The position numbers were made by a program, and so were the translations under genes. From NCBI GenBank assembly GCA_963696385.1, contig CAVOKF010000007.1, forward strand, positions 1,248,001 to 1,312,000: DNA of 64,000 nt, read 5' to 3'. This DNA comes from an uncultured delta proteobacterium (GTDB lineage: Bacteria; Myxococcota_A; Polyangia; Polyangiales; Polyangiaceae). Below are positions 49,263 through 58,757 of the stretch, in pieces. The notes under the pieces were generated by a model that saw nothing but the letters and a program-made list of their open reading frames with translations, did no database searches and was not told where the DNA came from. Every line of letters starts with the position of its first letter. Position 1 is the stretch's first letter.

Positions 49263-50457
49263 GTACCCCGATTCTACGGAATGGAAGGGTAGAGGCGGCG
49301 CAGCTTGATGCGTGCGTCCGCCGTGGTGAAGCGCCAGTTGACCTTGCGGTCGGGTCGCGAAGCCTGCCACGCGGAGACGATCGTGTGGAGCGCGCCGATG
49401 CTGCCGACGCGCTGGTCGAGACACTGTATCGATAGGGTCGAGAGGAAGATTTCGGCGACGTTGAGCCAACTGCCGTGCTTGGGGGTGTGGTGAACCTCGA
49501 ACCTCTCGACCAGACGACGAGCCTCTTTGGGCGCGAATGCTTCGTACAGGCACGAAAGATCGTGGATGTTGAGGTTGTCCATGACCAAGACGATGACGGT
49601 CGCGGTTGCGTAGGTCTCGTCGGACAGGCGGGCTAAGAAATGCGCCATGTCGACGGCCGTGCGTCGCTCGGTCACTTCGACGACGGATTGCCCGGTCAGC
49701 GGTTCCACGGCAGCGAAGATGTTGGCTGTGCCGCACCGCTTGTATTCGTCATCGACGCGGGCCGGTGTGCCGGGGCTCGCAGGAACGGGCTGGCGGGTGT
49801 GCTCGAGCAACTGCTTGCTGGTCTCGTCGAGACAGACCTGCGGCCGGTCCGGATCATAGGGTCGATGGTAAACGTCGAGCACATCCTCCATGCACTTTAC
49901 GAACGCCGCGTTTTCCTCAGGCGGAATGCAGAAGCGCTCTACAAGCCAGGGCTTGATTTCGTTTTTTTTAGACCGCGCTGGACCGTGCTCGGGCTGACGG
50001 AGTCGAACACCTTCAGCTCGACGAGTCGGTCCGCGAGAAGCGAGATGGTCCACCGTGCCCGCCCTGCGGGCGGCTCACTGCAAGCGATCTGAACCAGCCG
50101 CGCCTCCGAGGCCCCGTCGAGCTTTCGCGGCCGCGACGGGGTGTCTTGGGGCTTGCGCTCCAGGCACGCTTCGACGCCGCGCTCGCAGCAGCGCTTGCGC
50201 ACGCGCTCCACCGTGACGAGCCCGGCCTCCAAGTCGTCCGAGATTTCCTGATCGGTCAGCCCTTCGTCGGCTTTCAGCAAAATGCTTGCGCGAAGCCTTT
50301 TCAGGCCCGAGACGCGCTCACGCTTCACGAGCTGCGTCAGCGCCGCCCGCTCGTCCACCGTCAGATTCACTACGTAGCGCTTTTTCATGGCCCACCATGG
50401 AGCACGCCCTCGTCGCCATGGAAAGCAAAACCCGTCGCGTCAATGGATTCGAGGTAC
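49263..50457 (-). mobile_element. IS630-family insertion sequence, 1195 bp, TA target duplication
   Basis: Imperfect terminal IRs GTACCCCGATTCTA / GTACCTCGAATCCA; TA at 49261-49262 and 50458-50459; removing the element restores a single CTAG and the SRAP frame. Confidence 0.95.
49274..50388 (-). CDS. IS630 transposase (orfA HTH + orfB DDE, -1 frameshift at A8 run 49962-49969)
   Basis: orfA ends GLKKTKSS; the -1 frame reads KKNEIKPW...CLDE...MDNLNIH...TPKHGSWLNVAE. Confidence 0.92.
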
Positions 50458-50600
50458 TAGTCCGGATGACGCGACCGCACATTCTTCAAACCTACTCACC
50501 GCCGCGCCTTCGCGCACTCCGGGGTAGACCGGCGCCGGATAGACTGCCCCTACGTTCAGGTCAACGGCGCGCCCTTCCGGCCCGCCGCGGCTCGAAGGCA

Positions 50601-51734
50601 TTAGCGCGCCTCAAGAAACCGCTCGATCTCCTCGGCACGAGCGATCGTGTCCTCGTATCCGAGATCGAGAAGACGCGACGTGTACGTGCCGTCGAAGGCG
50701 AGATAGCTGAGCAGATCCCATCCCGCGTGCTCCGACGCACCGAGACCGCGAAACAGGTGCCGTACCGGCGCCGGGATGCGATCGATGACCCTGAGCACGA
50801 GCGCGGCGGGGTCGACGGACGGACGCAACAACAACACCGAGACAGGATGCAGCGCGGTGAAGTGTCCCTCGAGCAGCGCAGGGGGTACCAGAGAGAGCGT
50901 GTGGTTGATGCGCTCGGTGCGCTCGATGTCGGCTTCCAGCGCGTCGAGAAACAGCGCGTCGAGCAGCATCCCGGCGGTCGCGGCGGGCGACGGATGCTGC
51001 GAGCCGAGCGGACGGGACGCAGGCGCGGCAGCTCGTACCGCCACCGCGATCACTCGGTCGCCGCCCAGGCGAATCGCTGGGCTCAGCGGCGTCGTCAGGC
51101 GTATGCACCCGTCCGCGTACCAAGCGCCGTCGATGTCCACGGCGGGAAAAAACAGGGGGATCGCCGCGGACGCGAGCACGTGACGCACCTCGATCCGCTG
51201 GCGAGTTCCCACCCGAGTGACACGGTTCCACGGCTCGATCGAGCTTGCCCCTTCGAAAAATGTGACGGCGTCGCCGGACCCATAATTCGTCGCGGTGATT
51301 CCGATGCCGTGGACACGGCCGGCCGTCACCTGGTGACTCAGTGCGCGGGCGTCGAAGTGACGCTCGATCAGGACGCGAAGGGGAGAGGTGTCGAGCAATG
51401 CGGTTCCATGGCCGGGTCCGATCCACCCGCCCAGACTCAGATCCGCGAGCCACGCTGCGGCGGTTTTTGCGATCGTCGGCGAGTCCGTACGATAGACGTC
51501 GTGCGCAGACAGAGTGGTCCAGAGGTCCGCCAAATCGCGTGCTGCAGCGGGGAACTCGTCGGCCCGAGATGCAAGGTACGCCGCACTGATGCTTCCCGCC
51601 GAGGAGCCCGCCAGTACGGCAAAGGGGAGCACCCGCTGCCGGGTGATCTCGGCTATGGCGAGCACTGCGCCAGCTTGGTAGGCGCCACGAGCGCCGCCGC
51701 CCGTAAGGACGATCGCTGTTCTTCCTCCGCTCAT
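50601..51734 (-). CDS. Patatin-like phospholipase
   Basis: LTGGGARGAYQAG, GSSAG (GxSxG), ASAAIP, YADG. Confidence 0.92.
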   Translation of the reverse strand: MSGGRTAIVLTGGGARGAYQAGAVLAIAEITRQRVLPFAVLAGSSAGSISAAYLASRADEFPAAARDLADLWTTLSAHDVYRTDSPTIAKTAAAWLADLSLGGWIGPGHGTALLDTSPLRVLIERHFDARALSHQVTAGRVHGIGITATNYGSGDAVTFFEGASSIEPWNRVTRVGTRQRIEVRHVLASAAIPLFFPAVDIDGAWYADGCIRLTTPLSPAIRLGGDRVIAVAVRAAAPASRPLGSQHPSPAATAGMLLDALFLDALEADIERTERINHTLSLVPPALLEGHFTALHPVSVLLLRPSVDPAALVLRVIDRIPAPVRHLFRGLGASEHAGWDLLSYLAFDGTYTSRLLDLGYEDTIARAEEIERFLEAR

Positions 51735-51925
51735 GGCGTTCACCTTACCGCGCAAGCCTTTCGAACCACCTTGGCCGTCTTCCCTCGCCGTCGCGCGGCC
51801 CAACTCCTCGGGGAGACCTTCGTGAGTGCGGCGCGTAACCCCGTCAAATGGATACCGCCATGAGGCTACGGAGGCACCTTGCGGCCGAGAACGTCGACAT
51901 GAGCTGGAACGGTCGGACGGAGTGA

Positions 51926-53119
51926 CTATGCGCAGCGCTGCGGGGGAAACCACAATGTGAACGTCGTCCCGTTCCCTGGTTCGGAATCGAGGCGCACGGT
52001 TCCGCCGTGACGATGCACGGTCGCGTATACGGTCGCGAGGCCGAGCCCAGTCCCTTCTGTTCCCTTCGTAGTGAAAAACGGCTCGAAGACGCGGGCTTGG
52101 ACCTCCGGGGTCATTCCAGGCCCATCGTCTGCAACCGCGATGCACGCCCCACCGCGCTCTTCGCTCGTCAGAATCGTGATGCTTCCGCCATGGGGCCTCG
52201 CGTCGATCGCGTTCACCAGCAGGTTGAGGAGCGCCGAAACAATTTCGCTGGACTGCCCAAAAACGGGCGGCGGGGTTCCGAGCTTCTCGTGGATGCGGCT
52301 CAGACGACCGCCTCCACTCGCCATGCGCGGCTTAGCGAGTTGCACGGCCTCGCGGGCGAGCGCGTTCAAGTCGATGCCAGCCATTGGGGAATCCGGCGTT
52401 TGTCGGCTGAACTGGCGTAGACGCTCGGTCACATCGACGCCGCGCTTCAACGCCTGCTTCATCTCGCCCAGAGCCTCGGCGACCTGGCCCATGTCGCTCC
52501 GCGCGTTGGCTCGTGTCGCGACCTCTATGTGCAAAAATAGCGGGTTGAGAATGTTCTTGAGATCGTGGGAGATGCCGGCGGCCATCTGACCCAGTGTCCG
52601 AACCTTCTCACTTCGGGCCAGGGCGTCTCTGACCTTTTTGTCGCCCAGCTCGCGGACCACGGCGGCGGTCAAACGTGTGAGCTTGCCTTTGAGAACGAAG
52701 TCGTGGGCGCCTGCCCGCATGGCCTCGACAGCGCTCTCCTCGCCGATGGTTCCCGAGATGATGATGAAAGGGAGGTCGAGCCCCGTCTCCTTTAGAACAG
52801 CAAGTGCGGCGGGAGCGCTGAACGTTGGCATGGCCCAATCGCTGAGCACGACGTCCCATGGCTTGCGTTCGAGGGCGGACCGCATCCCGTTCGCGTCCTG
52901 GACGCGCTCAGACTCGACCAAGCATCCCGTGCGTTGAATTTCCCGGAGCGTCAGCTCGGCATCGTCGGGGTCATCCTCGACGAAGAGAACGCGCAGGGCC
53001 TTCTGGCGGTACTCTTCGAGGAAGGCCTTCGAGCTGAGAGCTTCGGAGTCCGGCACGGCGGCGCCGAGGGTATCACCGCCGCGTCGAGCCACAAGGAGGA
53101 CCAGGCCGTCAGAGCCCAA
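51926..53119 (-). CDS. Hybrid histidine kinase (N-terminal receiver, HisKA, HATPase), cytoplasmic
   Basis: VEDD, LSDW, FVLK; SHDLKN, NLLVNAIDA, DDGPGM, FEPFFTTK, GTGLGL. Start uncertain. Confidence 0.9.
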   Translation of the reverse strand: MGSDGLVLLVARRGGDTLGAAVPDSEALSSKAFLEEYRQKALRVLFVEDDPDDAELTLREIQRTGCLVESERVQDANGMRSALERKPWDVVLSDWAMPTFSAPAALAVLKETGLDLPFIIISGTIGEESAVEAMRAGAHDFVLKGKLTRLTAAVVRELGDKKVRDALARSEKVRTLGQMAAGISHDLKNILNPLFLHIEVATRANARSDMGQVAEALGEMKQALKRGVDVTERLRQFSRQTPDSPMAGIDLNALAREAVQLAKPRMASGGGRLSRIHEKLGTPPPVFGQSSEIVSALLNLLVNAIDARPHGGSITILTSEERGGACIAVADDGPGMTPEVQARVFEPFFTTKGTEGTGLGLATVYATVHRHGGTVRLDSEPGNGTTFTLWFPPQRCA

Positions 53120-53318
53120 CGAAGCACGGCTCGTCGATCACGGATGGACAAGCTTGACCAGTCCGTAAGGAGCGGTCGGGACCGTCTTTTCCGTTTGCGG
53201 CCCAGCCCACACACGAAATGAACGGAAGCGCTCCGAGGGGAGAAGAAGCTGAACGGCGCGAGCGGTCGAGCGCACGAGGCCCTGCTGGGGTTCCTTTTCC
53301 GACCGGGCGAAAATTTTC

Positions 53319-54119
53319 ATGAACCTACTTCAGCGCATTCCACTCGCTTCTTGTGTACGCGCCGTTGTGTTTGGGGCGACTCTCTGGGTCGCTCTCGGCG
53401 GGTGCTACACCGGTTCGGCGCTCGATCCGGTCGCAAGCCATGGGACCTCGGAAGTATCGAGCGACGACGCGGGGCCTCCCGCGACCACGGACGCACCTTC
53501 TGCCGACGACGCCGGCACTTCGTCGCGCGCTTCCTCGAGCGCTGCCGGCTCGCAGGCGGGAGCGGGCCTTTCGGGGGGATCCGGCGTTGGCGCCGGCTCC
53601 GGCTCTTCTTCGTCTTCGCCTTCTGCGTCGCCTTCGTCTCTTTCGGCGTCGTCTTCGTCTTCGTCCGCCTCGTTTTCATCCGCTTCATCCGCCTCATCGG
53701 CGGCGGCGTTGGATGCGAGCGCGAACGTGACCACCGTGTGCTCGAGCGGGAAAACCTATTCGTCCGGCACGGGACCCACCATGGAGCCAGGAGTTTCCTG
53801 CGCATCGTGCCACGGCTCGAAGTTTGCGATCGCTGGAACGGTCTACCCTACCGAGCACGAGCCGGACCGCTGCGATGGGGCCGACGTGACCGGCGTCGCC
53901 GTCGTCATTACGGACGCCAACAACACCACCACGACGCTCACCCCCAACACCGTCGGCAATTTCAACTCGTCGAAGGCGCTCGTCACGCCGTTTACGGCGA
54001 CGGTCACGTACAACGGCAAATCGATTTCGATGACGACGCCGCAGACGACCGGCGACTGCAACTCCTGCCACACAGAAGACGGTGCCAACGGGGCGCCCGG
54101 GAGAATCGTCCTTCCTTGA
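53319..54119 (+). CDS. Diheme c-type cytochrome lipoprotein with Ser-rich linker
   Basis: LGGC lipobox, poly-Ser linker, CASCH and CNSCH each preceded by a Met. Confidence 0.75.
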   Translation: MNLLQRIPLASCVRAVVFGATLWVALGGCYTGSALDPVASHGTSEVSSDDAGPPATTDAPSADDAGTSSRASSSAAGSQAGAGLSGGSGVGAGSGSSSSSPSASPSSLSASSSSSSASFSSASSASSAAALDASANVTTVCSSGKTYSSGTGPTMEPGVSCASCHGSKFAIAGTVYPTEHEPDRCDGADVTGVAVVITDANNTTTTLTPNTVGNFNSSKALVTPFTATVTYNGKSISMTTPQTTGDCNSCHTEDGANGAPGRIVLP

Positions 54120-54179
54120 CGGGCGCCAAAGGGGGCGGGTCGTGCCTCGTTCGCGCGGGCCGCCTTCGAGTCGATCGGA

Positions 54180-54853
54180 TCAGGCCGCGCGTTCGGGGCT
54201 TGGTCGTGCGCCGGTGCGCGCGACATGCGCAACGAAACGCAGCGCATCCAGGTCACGGAGTATGCCGACGACCGCGAGTCCGTCGCTGATCACGGTGAGC
54301 TCCCTCAGGCGGCATTGGCTCATTTTGGCGAATGCGTCGCCCAGGCTCTCGACTTCGTGAATGGTTGCGGCGGACATCGCGTAATCGGCCACAGAGGAGG
54401 GGTGCGCTGCACTCCAACCCGCCAGCGCGATGGAAGCCGCGGGCAAAAGCCCGACGAGCGCGCCCGCGCCATTCACCACGGGAACGGCGGACAGGCTTTC
54501 CGAGAGCACGGGCGAGCGCGCGACGCCGGCCCAAGGCAACTCGTCCTGCACGCATACGACCGGTCGCATCAGTGCGAGGCCCACCGGCAGAGTCGCCGCG
54601 ACCGCGGGGGAAAGCTCGAGCCCGCCGGATTCTCACCGATCGGCAGGACGGATCCCGCACAATCGACCGGCCCCGCGCAAGCGGAGCAAGCGCCGTCCTG
54701 AGATTGGGAAGCGGCGAAGGGGCAGGCTTCACACCGCAGCGCGGGTACGGACCGCAACACGTGCTCGCAGAAGACCATCTCGCACGCTGCCGTGGTCCCG
54801 TCGCGGAGTACCGTGAGTCGCTTCCGGACGATGGCGGAATGAACTGGAGCCAT
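54180..54853 (-). pseudogene. CBS-domain protein with Cys-rich N-terminus, frameshifted near 54590-54635
   Basis: VFC..VLRSVP..RCEACPF in one frame; VGLALMRPVVCV...VPVVNGAGALVGLL...LTVI...VVGILRDLD (CBS pair) in the next. Confidence 0.6.
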
Positions 54854-55087
54854 ATCCGTACTTGCCCAAGAGCGGGGCGCGTGTTCACTTGAACGTCGAA
54901 ACGCCGGGCGGGCAACGAGAGAGGACGAAGGTCAAAACTCATCGAACCGCCCGCCACGTTCGCGCGGAAGGATTTTGCCGCCGTGAACGCAATGGGCCGG
55001 GGAGTCGGCTCGGGGGCTGTTGCATCACGTCCAAAGACCGCGCCTGATTATCGCAACCAGGATGCACTCCACAGTCCGGAGGTCTCC

Positions 55088-56701
55088 ATGATGAGGTCGC
55101 ACTTTTTTGGGGGAATCGGCGTGGCGGCCGCTCTCGGCCTCTGCGCGTCGGCTGGATGCGGGCCTTTGTCGAGCTCGTCAGGCTTTGAGCGTCCTTCCGC
55201 GTCGACCAATACTGCGGCCGGTTCGAAGAGCTCGACGTCGAAGGCACCTGTGGCGACCGTGCAGCCGCTGCTCACGGGGGGTGGGCCATCGAGCGCGAGT
55301 GCATCGGGTGCGCAAGGGGACTCCGGCTCCTCCGCAGCGGATATCGTGTGCCCCGCAGGGTTGCAGTGCAACGTGACGTGCGCCGGCGGTGCCACGACCT
55401 CCATCACCGGGACCGTGTACGATCCGGCCGCGAAAAACCCTCTGTACAACATCGCCGTGTACGTGCCGGCGACGCCACTGCAGGCCCTGCCTACCGGCGT
55501 GCCAACGGGCAGCGACGCCTGCTCGTGCTCGGCCTTGTTTCCGAGTGGCGCCGTCGTGAGCACGTCGACCGCGGTCGACGGGACGTTCACACTGACCAAC
55601 GTTCCGGTCGGAAGCGCCGTTCCTCTGGTGATCCAGGTCGGCAAGTGGCGGCGCGAGTATTTCCTCAACGTCACCGCCTGCGACGACAACGCGGTGCCCG
55701 ACAAGGCGCTCACGCTGCCAGGCAGCGTGACCCTACCCAACGACAACATGCCCGACATCGCCGTGTCGACCGGAGCGTCGGATACGCTCGAGTGTTTGAT
55801 GCTGCGGATGGGCCTGCCGGCCACGGAATACGTGGCGGGCGCCACCGGCACCGGCCACGTCCATATCTTCTCGGGCGGCGAAGCGGCGGCCGGGGGGCGT
55901 GGCGGCCGCGGTGGAGGCGGCGGGGTCGGAGGACCGGAAAACCCGGCCATGCCCGGCGCGCCGGCGAGCTCGACGGCGCTCTGGGCTACCCAGGCCCAGC
56001 TCATGCCGTACGACATCGTGCTTCTCTCGTGCGAGGGGGGCGAGACGTTCGACGCGAACCCGCCGGCGCTCGAGGCCTACTTGAATGCCGGTGGCCGCGC
56101 CTTCGCGTCGCACTACCACTACTCCTGGTTCAGCGGTCCGCTCAACACCATGCAAGCGTACGTGGCCCCGGCGGATTGGGGGACCAACCTCGCAACCTGG
56201 ACGGCGAACGGCGGGCAAGGCAACGGGCCGATCGCCGGCGTCATCGACACGACGCTCAACGGCAGCACGCTGCCTTTCGCGAAGGGAGTCGCTCTTCAAC
56301 AGTGGCTCGGACTCGTCGGTGCCCTGGGGACCAACGGCGTGGCCGCAACCGATCTGGCCATTTACCAGCCGCGCGACAATGCGCAGGTCGCCGCCACGAA
56401 CACGCCCTCGCAACCCTGGATCACCGCGACCCCGTGGACGCTGTATTTCTCGTTCGACACGCCGGTCAATGCGGCGGCCGCCGCCGAGGGCGGGGCACCG
56501 GCGTATTGCGGCCGCGCCGTGTTCAGCGATCTTCACGTGGCGGGCAATCCGACCACGATGGATACATCACCACCGGCGGGCGGCTGCGACGCCACCGACC
56601 TGTCCCCCCAGGAGAAAGCGCTCGAATTCATGCTGTTCGACCTCTCCTCGTGCGTCATCCCGGACACGATGGCCCCAAGCCCCATTCCGATGCCTCGGTA
56701 A
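55088..56701 (+). CDS. Cys-rich myxobacterial lipoprotein with carboxypeptidase-regulatory-like domain
   Basis: SAGC lipobox, ITGTVYDPA..NPLYN..VYVP, IQVGKWRR, LLSCEG, FSFDTP, CGRAVFSDLHV, PQEKALEFMLFDLSSC; GGAGG SD. Confidence 0.72.
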   Translation: MMRSHFFGGIGVAAALGLCASAGCGPLSSSSGFERPSASTNTAAGSKSSTSKAPVATVQPLLTGGGPSSASASGAQGDSGSSAADIVCPAGLQCNVTCAGGATTSITGTVYDPAAKNPLYNIAVYVPATPLQALPTGVPTGSDACSCSALFPSGAVVSTSTAVDGTFTLTNVPVGSAVPLVIQVGKWRREYFLNVTACDDNAVPDKALTLPGSVTLPNDNMPDIAVSTGASDTLECLMLRMGLPATEYVAGATGTGHVHIFSGGEAAAGGRGGRGGGGGVGGPENPAMPGAPASSTALWATQAQLMPYDIVLLSCEGGETFDANPPALEAYLNAGGRAFASHYHYSWFSGPLNTMQAYVAPADWGTNLATWTANGGQGNGPIAGVIDTTLNGSTLPFAKGVALQQWLGLVGALGTNGVAATDLAIYQPRDNAQVAATNTPSQPWITATPWTLYFSFDTPVNAAAAAEGGAPAYCGRAVFSDLHVAGNPTTMDTSPPAGGCDATDLSPQEKALEFMLFDLSSCVIPDTMAPSPIPMPR

Positions 56702-57165
56702 GCCCTAGAGATCCGCGTCCTTCCGCGGTGCCGGATCGCCGTCGAACACAAGCACGCGCTCCGGCCGGAGCGCGGCGACTTTCCGAGAGAGCTCCTCGGG
56801 TCGTGTCCAAAACGCCGTGGCCTAGTGCCGGTAGCGCAAACTCGATGCAGAAGGCCTGACGCCCGAGGCCGCGCCCGAAGGCCACGGCAACCAACGAAGC
56901 TCAACCTTCTCGCCCGCGAAGCGAAGAAGGCCGGCCTTCCCGGCGTGGGCGCATGTGAACGGCGGCAGGCCGAGCGGAGAAAGAGAGGGCAACGGCGATG
57001 ATGATCCCAACGCTCTCCAAGGCCGGTGCCGAGCGATTCGGTCGTCTCAGGCCCGATCCGTTCGCGACGGCCGAGGGGATAGACATCGATCTCAACCGGT
57101 GGCCCGAGATGTCGTTCTGCGATTCCCGCCCGACGACTTTCGCCCTAAAGCTTCGAAGGAGCGCG

Positions 57166-58179
57166 ATGGTACGAAGGCGGGCAAATGTTGCACCGGTGAT
57201 CGCTGCGACCTTCGCGATCGTTCTCGACGCGGCACCGAGTGCGCACGCAGACCCGCCGTGCGCCCGCGTCGTTACCCCGGCGGATCTGACCGCGGCGTGG
57301 TCGAGCGCCGTCGCCGATCTCCGAAATCAAATCGCGCAGCTGCCGGCGTCCGACTGTCAGCCCATGACGTTGTCGCTCGAGCCGGCGGACGAGGGCATGC
57401 GAATCGTGGCCGTGACGCCCGACGGACGCCGTGCCGAACGAACCGCACGCTATTCCGAAAGCTTGATGGCAGTGGTTCTCGGCTTGATCATGACGATTCC
57501 TCGGCAGGCCCCCGGCCCATCGGTTCCGCCCGTGTCCTCCGTGGTCGCCCTGGCCGCCGTCCCGAACGCACCCCCCCCCGTCGCGATTCGCCCGGCGACT
57601 GCTGCGACGACGGCACCCCCACCCCCAAGCGGCATCGGCCTGTGGGCCGGTCTGTCGGGCGGAGTTCGCCTCACGGCGCCGCTGGCTCTGAGCGTGCTCG
57701 ACGTCGAGGCACGCGCCGACATCGTCTTCGACAGTTGGCTCATGCTGGTGACACTGCGATCCGCCTTGGTGTCCTGCCTGGGTCAGCAAGGCATCGACTG
57801 CGACGTCTATAACGACGTGAGCGTCGGAGCCGGGGTGGCGCGCCGCTTCAAGACCGGTGGTCCCGAGATCGACGTCGGGTTCGAGCCGTCCTTGGCGGTG
57901 ATGCGTATGGAGTACGATTCGGTAGCCGGCGCCGAAAGTCAGGCCGTGGAAGGCACCGAGGTCGTGCTGCGTTTCGACCTCTCAGCACGTCTCGCGGTGC
58001 CGGTCGACCGACACTGGGTCGTCACGGTCATCGTGGACGGGGGGGTTGTGCCCTCTCTGCTCGCCCGCCCGACCGGACTCGCATTGCCCGCGGGGGCCCC
58101 CGTGGGGGAGCCGCCGCCGCCGCCCTTTCCCGCCTGGTCCGGTGGTTTGCGCCTGGGTGCGTCGGGAGCTCTGCTGTGA
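57166..58179 (+). CDS. Exported protein, probable outer-membrane partner of the ECF cassette
   Basis: AAGGAG SD, signal peptide (AHA-D), Pro-rich linker, C-terminal beta-strands ending LRLGASGALL; GTGA coupling to the sigma gene. Confidence 0.65.
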   Translation: MVRRRANVAPVIAATFAIVLDAAPSAHADPPCARVVTPADLTAAWSSAVADLRNQIAQLPASDCQPMTLSLEPADEGMRIVAVTPDGRRAERTARYSESLMAVVLGLIMTIPRQAPGPSVPPVSSVVALAAVPNAPPPVAIRPATAATTAPPPPSGIGLWAGLSGGVRLTAPLALSVLDVEARADIVFDSWLMLVTLRSALVSCLGQQGIDCDVYNDVSVGAGVARRFKTGGPEIDVGFEPSLAVMRMEYDSVAGAESQAVEGTEVVLRFDLSARLAVPVDRHWVVTVIVDGGVVPSLLARPTGLALPAGAPVGEPPPPPFPAWSGGLRLGASGALL

Positions 58180-58757
58180 GCGCCCCCGTGCCCACGACGC
58201 GGGTCGACCGGGTCGAGGACCCCGATCTGATGCTCCGGATTGCGGGCGGCGACCTTGGGGCGCTCGGTGAGCTGTACGACCGTTACGCGCGCGAGGTGTG
58301 GCGAGCGGTGTGCCGCTGCCTGCCGGACGGTTCGGACGCCGAGGACGTGGTTCATGCCACGTTTTTGAAGCTGCCGCAGATTGCCGCCTCCTACGACGGC
58401 CGGGCGAGCTGCCGGAATTGGTTGTGCGGCGTAGCCGTGCGTCTCGCCTTGCGACACCGTCGCAGCGTGGGTCGTTTCCGGCACATGCTGAGCACGTTCG
58501 CGCACGAGGTGGTGGGTCAATCGACCGGCAATCCCGAGCGGAAGGCCAGCGGCAATCAAGAGCTGAGAGTCCTGGAGCGGGCTCTCGCGAGGCTGAGCGA
58601 AAAGAAGCGCGCTGTCTTCGTCCTCGTGGAGCTCGAGGGATTGTCGGTCGAAGAGTCCTCGACGGCGCTCGAGATACCCGCCGCAACCGCGCGAACCCGC
58701 CTCTTTCACGCGCGCCACGAACTGCAAGCGGCGTTGCGAGAAGCAGGGGTGGGCTGA
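58176..58757 (+). CDS. ECF RNA polymerase sigma factor
   Basis: GDLGALGELYDRY, DAEDVVHATF, WLCGVA, RAVFVLVELEGLS, TARTRLFHAR. Confidence 0.93.
   Translation: MSAPVPTTRVDRVEDPDLMLRIAGGDLGALGELYDRYAREVWRAVCRCLPDGSDAEDVVHATFLKLPQIAASYDGRASCRNWLCGVAVRLALRHRRSVGRFRHMLSTFAHEVVGQSTGNPERKASGNQELRVLERALARLSEKKRAVFVLVELEGLSVEESSTALEIPAATARTRLFHARHELQAALREAGVG

Larger units (their letters stand above)
48632..50482 (-). pseudogene. SOS response-associated peptidase (SRAP/YedK/HMCES) interrupted by IS630
   Basis: MCGRVIRT at 50482-50459 joins in frame across the IS to SPAEALKQVFDL...RYNLAP...WGL...INARVE...DGFYEW...HDRMP. Confidence 0.92.
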
